DNA of 31,782 nucleotides from a virus (Duplodnaviria; Heunggongvirae; Uroviricota; Caudoviricetes): IMG/VR virus record IMGVR_UViG_2645727991_000022; one strand, 5' to 3'. Shown piece by piece: positions 25,160 to 31,782 of this stretch (position 1 is its first letter; each line of letters starts with the position of its first letter). The notes under the pieces were generated by a model. It saw only the letters and a program-made list of their open reading frames with translations, ran no database searches and was not told where the DNA came from. The position numbers and the translations under genes were made by a program.

Positions 25160-25834
25160 TTAAAGCAGGGTGTATACCTTGTCGAATGGTACTGATCTGT
25201 AGAGGTAGCCTTGCACCGCCGTTACTCCACAATCACGTAGTACTGATAGCTCTTTCTGTTGCTCTACTCCCTCTACGATTACATAGGGGCAATACTGCAT
25301 GATGTTCTTCATCAATAAGCTGAAGGTAGGCTTCTGGATTTCCTGACGGTAGAACGCTCTATCAATCTTTACGGCCTCATAGCATCCAGAAGTTAGTGCT
25401 GCGACATTGGCACGGCCTGAACCAAGATCATCGAGGAACAAGCGATAGCCAACGTTTAACAGGGTCTTGAGTACTGGATGATTGATCCCCTGCTCCAAGC
25501 CTTCAAAGTTCTCTGAGATCTCCAACCTGACATACTCCAGCTTATCCAGTAGCTGTATCACCTCTCTATCAAACACACACAGCCTTGCTTGTATGGTGTC
25601 AATGTTAACATTGCAGTAAAGCCGGTTATCCCTGAACCATGCCGCACGTACTTCTATGGCCTGTAGTTGTCGTATTAGTAGTTCCCTCTTCTCTTCAGCA
25701 TCCATAGCCATGATGAAGTACTTACTGTTCAGTACTTGCATACCTTCACTATGAAAGCGGGTTAATAGTTCACAGCCTACGAACTGGCCTGAAGTTGTCA
25801 TGATTGGTTCTGCTATGAAAGTAGTGGTAATCAT
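25160..25834 (-). CDS. EAL-domain protein (c-di-GMP phosphodiesterase-like, stand-alone)
   Basis: 224 aa with EAL-domain signature positions in order: ELLTR (EAL-x-R), LEISENF (E..E), DDLGSG (DDFGTG-like), KIDRAF (K-x-D-x-x-F), EGVEQ (EGVE) and QGYLYRSVP (QG[YF]). AAGGGA lies 9 nt upstream of the ATG. Confidence 0.8.
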   Translation of the reverse strand: MITTTFIAEPIMTTSGQFVGCELLTRFHSEGMQVLNSKYFIMAMDAEEKRELLIRQLQAIEVRAAWFRDNRLYCNVNIDTIQARLCVFDREVIQLLDKLEYVRLEISENFEGLEQGINHPVLKTLLNVGYRLFLDDLGSGRANVAALTSGCYEAVKIDRAFYRQEIQKPTFSLLMKNIMQYCPYVIVEGVEQQKELSVLRDCGVTAVQGYLYRSVPFDKVYTLL

Positions 25835-26020
25835 CCATTATCATCCCTTAACTCGATAGATAATGAATTATTGATCGGCATTACCTATTATTGTAGTCAT
25901 GACCTCACTAAAGAAATCAACTTAACTTGTTGAAAATGATCGTTTTTATCTATTTTATGGTGTTTTGTTTGGCACTGTATATAATCACAGTATTAGCAGT
26001 TTTGTTCGGAAGGTTAAGAA

Positions 26021-26335
26021 ATGGGCAATAAGAACGGTTACGATCCATCCATACGTAGAGGTGTACACCAGTTCTCCAACAACGGGGTATGGTTCACGGT
26101 CTGTTATCGTGGAAGTGCTCTTGAGCAATTCAAGTTTGGTGATCGGGTGATATTTGAAGGTTCATTAGACGGGGTCTTCTGGCTGGGGACGGTTGAAAGG
26201 GATTGTTTCGTACTGATTAGCGAAACACCATTTAAAGATGTTCTGGATGCTGTGAGTTATCTACATGCCGAACAACGTGTATATAAACAACATGATGATG
26301 ATTGGTTTTGTGGACAAGAAGAACTACCGTTCTAG
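26021..26335 (+). CDS. hypothetical protein (first gene of a three-gene plus-strand operon)
   Basis: 104-aa soluble ORF. A TATAAT element lies about 40 nt upstream and AAGG about 9 nt before the ATG. Followed after 15 nt by the DUF2971-like gene. Confidence 0.5.
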   Translation: MGNKNGYDPSIRRGVHQFSNNGVWFTVCYRGSALEQFKFGDRVIFEGSLDGVFWLGTVERDCFVLISETPFKDVLDAVSYLHAEQRVYKQHDDDWFCGQEELPF

Positions 26336-26362
26336 ATTGTTGCTTAAAAGGTGGTTATTATT

Positions 26363-27172
26363 ATGCCACCTAGGATATCAATAAGAACAATCGGAATCAT
26401 GAAGTTTTATAAGTACGTTGGTGCTGAAACAGCAAAAGTCATCATCCAAAATTCAACGTTAAGATTCACTTCTCCGGTGAATTTTAACGATCCCTTTGAC
26501 TATTTCCCTGCGGTTCAAGAAGAGGGCTTCAGGAAATTTACTCGCCGCATTAACGATGAAATTGGTGATGGGGTAAAGCGATATAAGACCAATCATCGAG
26601 AGACTTCTAAGCATCTCCAGTCACTACGTAGTGGTGAGTTTAGAGATCTATACACACGCAACATGTCCATAAGCTGTTTCAGTAAGTCACCTTTCATACT
26701 CCCGATGTGGGCACATTATGCTGATAACCATGAAGGTTGTGTCATTGAGTTTGAATTCATATCAGACAGCCCTCTAGTAGTAGAGTATCTTAGCTTAGGG
26801 ATTAGTGAACTATCACAAATTCTCATTTCTTTTGAGGTGAACTATTCTGAGGAACGACCTCCGCTTTTTGATGAGAATGGACGTACTGACGGCCCTAATA
26901 CTGGTTTCCATGCTTGTTTAACTAAAGCCAAAGAATGGGAGTATGAGCAAGAAATGCGTGTTGTAACAAAACAGCCTGAAGGGATCTACCCATTTGAAAG
27001 ATCACAAATGACAGGCTTATATTTTGGTATGAAAATTGATAAAAAAGACAAAGCAGACTTATCAAGAATTATAGATGGCTCAAATAATTACACTGGCACA
27101 AAAATACGTAAGCATGATGTGGTTATGGCTTATGATAAATTTGAACTATCAAAAATCCAATTCCGATTATAA
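26363..27172 (+). CDS. DUF2971-like protein
   Basis: N-terminal ...FYKYVGAETAKVIIQNSTLRFTSPVNFNDPFD... and mid-protein ...LPMWAHYADNHEGCVIEFEF... match the conserved signature I recall for DUF2971. Start is placed at the ATG 8 nt after AAAGGTGG (the ORF track begins at GTG 26351). Confidence 0.65.
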   Translation: MPPRISIRTIGIMKFYKYVGAETAKVIIQNSTLRFTSPVNFNDPFDYFPAVQEEGFRKFTRRINDEIGDGVKRYKTNHRETSKHLQSLRSGEFRDLYTRNMSISCFSKSPFILPMWAHYADNHEGCVIEFEFISDSPLVVEYLSLGISELSQILISFEVNYSEERPPLFDENGRTDGPNTGFHACLTKAKEWEYEQEMRVVTKQPEGIYPFERSQMTGLYFGMKIDKKDKADLSRIIDGSNNYTGTKIRKHDVVMAYDKFELSKIQFRL

Positions 27173-27187
27173 GAATGGGATAGGACC

Positions 27188-27832
27188 ATGAATTATTTAA
27201 AACGGACGAATATAATATTAATTTCGCTAGTTATAATTTTATTCATCTTCGCTATCATAGCTTTTGCAAAGGTGGTTTTTAATAGTATGAATGGATTAGA
27301 ATGGGGTAGCGTATCAGATTGGGTAAGTACAGGGTCGTCGATAGCAACAACGTATATAGCCTACCTTGCGTATAAGGCTGCCCCAAATTGGTTTAAACAA
27401 AAGACTTACGAAGCGGGTTTCGACCATGTTTCTGCTCTGATGACTGAATATGATTCAATAGAAAGCGAAATTCAAAAACTTTATTATAACATTTTATTCC
27501 TCAACATAAATAATCCAAAATTTTTAAGCACCTGTAATGAGGTTGAAACATTGATGTATCGAGTAATCTCCTTACTAGGAAAACTCTATGCATGTGAAAG
27601 ATGGGATGTTATTGTATTACCTGAAACACATAGATGCTTTGCTAGATTAAGAAACTTCTGTAATTTATGTTATAAGTTGCAAGGCTATATACGCACTAAT
27701 GACACAATAGCAATTAATAATATTAGAGAAGAATTAGAAACCCTCAGAAAAATTATTACATCTGACTCAACAGATTTCAAGAAAAATATTCATGACTATT
27801 TCCAATTTCCAAATCAAAAAAGCCCACTGTAA
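27188..27832 (+). CDS. membrane protein of unknown function (third gene of the operon)
   Basis: 214 aa with an N-terminal TM helix (IILISLVIILFIFAIIAFA), a second hydrophobic stretch and a Cys-containing helical soluble domain. Starts 15 nt after the DUF2971-like gene. Confidence 0.6.
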   Translation: MNYLKRTNIILISLVIILFIFAIIAFAKVVFNSMNGLEWGSVSDWVSTGSSIATTYIAYLAYKAAPNWFKQKTYEAGFDHVSALMTEYDSIESEIQKLYYNILFLNINNPKFLSTCNEVETLMYRVISLLGKLYACERWDVIVLPETHRCFARLRNFCNLCYKLQGYIRTNDTIAINNIREELETLRKIITSDSTDFKKNIHDYFQFPNQKSPL

Positions 27833-27839
27833 TGTGGGC
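27822..27839 (-). terminator. hairpin terminator shared by convergent genes
   Basis: GCCCAC-TGTAAT-GTGGGC hairpin overlapping the stop of 27188..27832. It is preceded on the plus strand by an A-run, giving a U-tract after the hairpin on the minus-strand transcript of 27882..29051. Confidence 0.5.
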
Positions 27840-27881
27840 AACTTATGAATTATATTAATGCTTATGCTTTCTTTGAAATTT

Positions 27882-29051
27882 CTAGGCTTCTGTAAGGAAT
27901 TTAGCCACACCATCAGCCGGATTAATGCCACCAGTGTGAATTGTTCCTAATTCCTCTGGTGTCACAGATGTTGTAGGCCAAACAAGCATGTCGTTAAAAT
28001 ACTTGTCAATTTTAATTCTTTCTAGCTCTTTGAAAAGATAATCATCAGTGTTATTACTTTTTATACAATTTCCATAATATGCTGCTGCACTAGCTACTAT
28101 ATCAGCAACTTGAATTTGCGGATATTCAATTGATGAATGAAAGGTTAAAGAACGAGCTTTCAATGGTAGATCAAAAGCCCTTCGATCATAACCATATGTT
28201 TCAGGTTCTTTTGTGTAATCCATGAATGTATCAAATAAACCTTTTCGTTCATGAATTGCTTTGGAATCATCATGCTTAATATGATACCCATTTGGATAGA
28301 TTTTATCCCATTCAATGCAATGTTTAAAGAATGATGGGATGGCAGGATCAAGCATGTATTTTTGAGTATCCTCTAGAATATCTTTTACATCACTTCTTGT
28401 GATACTAATCCTATCAATTGTACTAATAAATTTTTCATCAGTTGTGCAAGTTTTCAAGTGATCAACAGAAGCATAAAATCCTTCAATAGACTCTTCATCC
28501 TGATACTTAATCATTTTCATGAATTGCTCATACATACGGTATGTAGGTTCTTTTCCACAAAACACAGGAAGGCAATAATAAAAATAATTAGATAAAGCTA
28601 AATTTTGACCGTCTTTGTAAATGTCAATGCCACGATTATAACTCCAGCTTTCAATCAAAATATCAACTATTTTCGTAGTCAACATATAACTTTTGTCTAT
28701 AATAAATATTTTTACATTTTCAGTAGTAATATACTTACTTTCCAATAACCGTATTATTCCATCTTGTCCTGATTTTCTACGTCTTAGCGTTTTGAAGTGT
28801 GCTTCATCAGGTGATTTACTTCCGGTTAGTTCAAGTGCCTTAAGTGCATCTGTCTTACTTATTTGACAAGAACCTAATGTGAAACAGAATTGCTTCGAAT
28901 CTAAGAGATTACCGCCAGTATTGCCAGACTCATCGAAAAAAATGTCTGGCTTCAAATACAATTGCCTGTTCTTCTTCGCAGCTAGCTCTCTAGTTGTCTG
29001 ATTTTTCTTGCTTTGTTTAGCTGCACGTCTTTGTTGACTATTTTTTCCCAT
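27882..29051 (-). CDS. DUF3800-like protein with basic N-terminal tail
   Basis: 389 aa. IFFDESGNTG near the N-terminus and ...YPQIQVADIVASA... near the C-terminus match the DESG and Q-x-AD signatures I recall for DUF3800. The first ~30 aa are Lys/Arg/Gln-rich. A purine-rich AGAGAGA precedes the ATG. Confidence 0.6.
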   Translation of the reverse strand: MGKNSQQRRAAKQSKKNQTTRELAAKKNRQLYLKPDIFFDESGNTGGNLLDSKQFCFTLGSCQISKTDALKALELTGSKSPDEAHFKTLRRRKSGQDGIIRLLESKYITTENVKIFIIDKSYMLTTKIVDILIESWSYNRGIDIYKDGQNLALSNYFYYCLPVFCGKEPTYRMYEQFMKMIKYQDEESIEGFYASVDHLKTCTTDEKFISTIDRISITRSDVKDILEDTQKYMLDPAIPSFFKHCIEWDKIYPNGYHIKHDDSKAIHERKGLFDTFMDYTKEPETYGYDRRAFDLPLKARSLTFHSSIEYPQIQVADIVASAAAYYGNCIKSNNTDDYLFKELERIKIDKYFNDMLVWPTTSVTPEELGTIHTGGINPADGVAKFLTEA

Positions 29052-29292
29052 TTTTCTCTCTTAGAAAGTAATTTAATTTACAGAATGAAACGTCTACTAT
29101 TAATATAATCCTGGCTGAATATATAGTCTACTATTTTCTTTACACGCTCTTAGCGTGCCTAAAGTCAAATTGAGAAATTATTTAAACGCCAGAAAGCAGT
29201 AAACACTATGAGTATGCCTTCGCTATTAAGATTCAGCATTCAGTTTCAGTGGGAGGGATTACAAGTACAATTTCATTTAAAACCTATCTGAT

Positions 29293-29347
29293 TCACGCCC
29301 CCCACACCTTCGACTTCAACAAACCTACCCATAGTGGGGGGGCGTGA
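29293..29347. other. GC-rich long-loop inverted repeat in divergent intergenic region
   Basis: TCACGCCCCCCAC (29293-29305) and GTGGGGGGGCGTGA (29334-29347) form an ~12-bp G/C-rich stem around a 28-nt loop. No U-tract on either side. Lies between divergent starts at 29051 (-) and 29477 (+). Confidence 0.5.
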
Positions 29348-29476
29348 GGACATAGTGTACTTGATTAAGTAGATTGTGGTAACGTACTGATACTGTTCAA
29401 ATTACTTTTCATAAAATTAGTTTCGCATACCTATCAAGCTATTCATCTTAAACCTTTATTATTACGATATAATTAT

Positions 29477-30214
29477 ATGAACATAGAAAATAAGTGCTAC
29501 TTTTGCAGTAAACCAGCAGTTTCACGTGAACATATACCTCCACAAGGACTATTCCCAAAAGGTTCTACATTTAGAGAAGAGCTTATAACTGTTCCATCGT
29601 GTAAAAAACATAATGAGGATAAATCTGACTTAGATCATAGAATGCTAACGTTCCTTCTTGGTACTTCGAAAATAGTCAGCGAGGAAGGTTTTCAAGATGT
29701 CATCGGTCGTGTTTCACGAGGAGTCGTAAGGAATATCGCAACTTTAACTAATATGTCTAAAGGTGTTTATTTTCAGAAAGAAACAAAAACTCTTTATATT
29801 GAAAATATGAATAACACTGAAGCAGTAGTAAACTATGATGACCACAGATTCTATCAAGAATGTATACTTCGTGGCTTATATCTTCATGAATTCAACGAAA
29901 TATGGGGTAAAGATTTATTCATAATCCCAACTAGTCTTTTTGGATTCGAAGAAAGCTTCAAATCAATAGAATATGCTTTCGGAATTGATATGATTAAGGA
30001 TGGTATAGAAAAGTCTTTTTCAGACTCCTCTAAAAACAAAGTATTTCAATATAAATCACAACATGACGAAATTGTCACTGTCATTGGCGTTTGCATTTAT
30101 ATGAATTATTATTTTTATGGAGTTTTTACCACTCCAGAAACGTTAGCAAAAATTAGAAATTTATTTTCTATTGATAGTCCGGTGACAGACTTTAATAAAA
30201 AAAAGCATATTTAA
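29477..30214 (+). CDS. HNH-family nuclease (stand-alone)
   Basis: 245 aa. N-terminal C-YF-C-x7-EH-IPPQ ... C-KK-HN fits the HNH/His-Me finger pattern (CxxC ... [DE]H ... CxxH/N). The C-terminal ~170 aa have no recognised motif. No obvious Shine-Dalgarno; TATAAT abuts the ATG, so the mRNA may be leaderless. Confidence 0.6.
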   Translation: MNIENKCYFCSKPAVSREHIPPQGLFPKGSTFREELITVPSCKKHNEDKSDLDHRMLTFLLGTSKIVSEEGFQDVIGRVSRGVVRNIATLTNMSKGVYFQKETKTLYIENMNNTEAVVNYDDHRFYQECILRGLYLHEFNEIWGKDLFIIPTSLFGFEESFKSIEYAFGIDMIKDGIEKSFSDSSKNKVFQYKSQHDEIVTVIGVCIYMNYYFYGVFTTPETLAKIRNLFSIDSPVTDFNKKKHI

Positions 30215-30227
30215 TTTATCAAGCCCG

Positions 30228-30252
30228 GCCTCTTCTACAGAGGCTTTTTTTT
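30228..30252 (+). terminator. rho-independent terminator of the HNH gene
   Basis: GCCTCT-TCTAC-AGAGGC hairpin followed by T8, 14 nt after the TAA stop. Confidence 0.8.
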
Positions 30253-30565
30253 AATAAACTATCAAAAGATACTTTATTGCGGGCGTGACTCCGTACGAAC
30301 TCAAGAATACTTTGATTAATTACTTTGATAGTAGCTCCTGGGGTTTTGTTACTATGTCAGTACTGTTTCTTTTCTGAGCGAAAGCGAGTAAAATCCCTCG
30401 CATTTTTTTCGAGTACTAGCGAGAAAAAACGCAAGGATCGGTTTAATTTGTGTTTCAGTGACTATACGACCGCAGGGAGTGTAGGCACTCAAAGACCGAT
30501 TTGGACGTAGTTCAAGAGGTCTTAATTAATTCAACAATAAGAATGAAAGAATAATATTAATATAA

Positions 30566-30735
30566 GGGGGGCTAATGGCACACCCCCACATATAAAACCC
30601 TTGAAAGCACAAAATATACATATAAATCAGTATAGTGCACACTATATGTAGTGTTTCATTAGCCCATTAGCACATACATATTCAAACCATTAGCACATAA
30701 TTAGCACATATGTCTGGGCTATTATGTGCTAATGG
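30566..30735. repeat. cluster of symmetric elements and 13-mer iterons
   Basis: G6-N11-C5 inverted repeat (30566-30587, containing CTAATGG). A 16-bp palindrome TATAGTG-CA-CACTATA (30631-30646). CCATTAGCACATA at 30664-30676 and 30687-30699, ATTAGCACATA at 30700-30710, and the inverted copy TATGTGCTAATGG at 30723-30735. Confidence 0.7.
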
Positions 30736-30737
30736 TT

Positions 30738-31223
30738 TTAGATCAATCCTGACAAGTACTTGATCAGATCATTTATCGGTACTCCAGATTTCACCTTTTC
30801 GTCTAACACCTTCTGCTGCTGCTCGTCCAGTTGCTTACCTGCTACTTGATTCACAACACGCTTCATTGAACCTTTTAGGGGAATGCCCTGTACTATGAGT
30901 AGCTCTAGTGCCTGTGAAACGAGCTTAGAAACAGTCTTATACTTGTCTTCCTGTGACTTACCCTGTAGTTGCATTTTGGTGATTGCACCAGTACTACGCA
31001 TGAGGTTTATGGTGTATAGAGTTTGTGCTCTTGTTATGTACTCACACTTACGCATAACTTCATAAATTTCCTCTGAATCGACTTTATTACGTCCAAGTGA
31101 TCTACATCCCTGAATAGCATTGTTGATTGCTTCCTTTGCTTCCCTTGATAGTTCTTTATACTTGATGTTTTTTACTTCTTTCTGTACTACACGGTTATCG
31201 TGTGGTTTCTCTATGTTTGCCAT
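30738..31223 (-). CDS. hypothetical helical protein
   Basis: 161-aa charged ORF with no recognised motif. Its 3' end abuts the iteron cluster. Confidence 0.5.
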   Translation of the reverse strand: MANIEKPHDNRVVQKEVKNIKYKELSREAKEAINNAIQGCRSLGRNKVDSEEIYEVMRKCEYITRAQTLYTINLMRSTGAITKMQLQGKSQEDKYKTVSKLVSQALELLIVQGIPLKGSMKRVVNQVAGKQLDEQQQKVLDEKVKSGVPINDLIKYLSGLI

Positions 31224-31255
31224 GATACATACCTTATAAATGATGTTAATTAATT

Positions 31256-31290
31256 AGGCACTTGGTGAGTAAAACCAAGTGCCTTTTTTA
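31256..31290. terminator. strong hairpin with T-run between two minus-strand genes
   Basis: AGGCACTTGGT-GAGTAAA-ACCAAGTGCCT (11-bp perfect stem) followed by TTTTTTA on the plus strand. The minus-strand side is only moderately U-rich, so the orientation it acts in is ambiguous. Confidence 0.55.
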
Positions 31291-31782
31291 TTACTTGCTG
31301 TTTAGTAGTGCTGTACTAAGTACTGGATAGTTACTATACTTAGTTGCCAGATTCACTATACAAATACGGCGATGTGTAAGATATGCTTGGTGTGCTTCAT
31401 CTTCTGTTTTGAATGTACCGTAATACTCCTGTACACCGTTGTAAGTTGATTTAGCTACCCAACTATTGAAAACCTTCTGAACTCCCTTCTTATGTTTACC
31501 GTAACCACCTCTGAATAATTGATTTACTTCGTGTGGTACGAACATACAAGTGTTTGGTGAATAGTGGTTAGCTCCTAATATATCCTTATCTACATCCCAA
31601 CCACTAATACTATTTTCTATGTACCAGTTGTAGTAGTTACTGAAAGTATACCATTCATCACAAATAGTTGTGTTTTGATAACCAATGCGTTTTAGTCTTG
31701 AATGCATACTATGCCATTTCTGTAGTGCTTCTTTATATAGGTGTAGATATACCTGGCCTTTTAGGTCATTTATTTTTTTCAT
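31291..31782 (-). CDS. AP2-domain DNA-binding protein (homing-endonuclease-associated type)
   Basis: 163 aa. C-terminal GVQKVFNSWVAKSTYNGVQEYYGTFKTEDEAHQAY fits the AP2 pattern (G.......W.A.....G....LG.F.T.EEAA.AY). The N-terminal part (DEWYTFSNYYNW...GWDVDKDIL...YSPNTCMFVP) resembles phage HNH/AP2 homing-endonuclease-like proteins. The start codon is the last 3 nt of the window. Confidence 0.6.
   Translation of the reverse strand: MKKINDLKGQVYLHLYKEALQKWHSMHSRLKRIGYQNTTICDEWYTFSNYYNWYIENSISGWDVDKDILGANHYSPNTCMFVPHEVNQLFRGGYGKHKKGVQKVFNSWVAKSTYNGVQEYYGTFKTEDEAHQAYLTHRRICIVNLATKYSNYPVLSTALLNSK

Noticed and set aside
25965-26150. ORF 25965..26150 (+) overlapping the start of the 104-aa gene.
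   Set aside because: Out of frame with the better-supported ORF 26021..26335, which has a TATAAT element and ribosome-binding site. Probably spurious.
30325-30510. 61-aa plus-strand ORF in the long intergenic region.
   Set aside because: No Shine-Dalgarno, starts inside a repeat-rich region and has a low-complexity translation. The region is better explained as noncoding regulatory DNA, though a small RNA is not excluded.
30253-30560. Possible tRNA or tmRNA in the noncoding region (GTTCAAG and TTCGAG stretches).
   Set aside because: No acceptor stem and T-arm arrangement could be built by eye; the T-loop-like strings lack flanking complementary stems.
30663-30735. Possibility that the 13-mer direct repeats are a CRISPR array.
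   Set aside because: Repeats are only 11-13 bp, with 10-bp or zero spacers and one inverted copy. This is far from CRISPR repeat-spacer geometry, and no cas genes are present.
28160-31065. ORFs 28160..28351 (-) and 30883..31065 (+).
   Set aside because: Embedded in or antisense to the DUF3800-like gene and the 161-aa gene respectively, with no independent support.

Overview
This window is low-GC phage or prophage DNA, read by eye from the sequence and ORF track; no searches were run. The core (4115-24595, all minus strand) is a ~20.5-kb late/structural operon of a lambda-like siphovirus: small terminase, GpA-type large terminase, lambda-B-type portal, fused prohead protease/major capsid, two small connector proteins, a 560-aa tail-tube-like protein with tandem fibre repeats, a 952-aa virion protein, a 156-aa tail tube protein, tail assembly chaperones G/GT with a canonical -1 frameshift site, tape measure, gpM/L/K-like tip proteins and a 1176-aa I-J-fused host-specificity protein. 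The low-coordinate flank (1-4040) carries a Cof-type HAD phosphatase and a membrane protein on the plus strand, then a minus-strand block (small membrane protein, two unknowns, GIY-YIG nuclease), a T4-type lysozyme on the plus strand and a TM/coiled-coil spanin-like protein. The high-coordinate flank (24596-31782) is a mixed-strand accessory island: a putative cos/terminase-binding region, an EAL-domain protein with apparently intact catalytic motifs, a three-gene plus-strand operon (unknown / DUF2971-like / membrane protein), a DUF3800-like protein, a stand-alone HNH nuclease, repeat-rich structured noncoding DNA, and an AP2-domain protein. The strongest candidates for an undescribed system are the DUF2971-like operon and the DUF3800-like gene, but I could not single one out. 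No rRNA, tRNA, CRISPR array, integrase or repressor was recognised. Family names are recalled from motifs and need profile searches to confirm.
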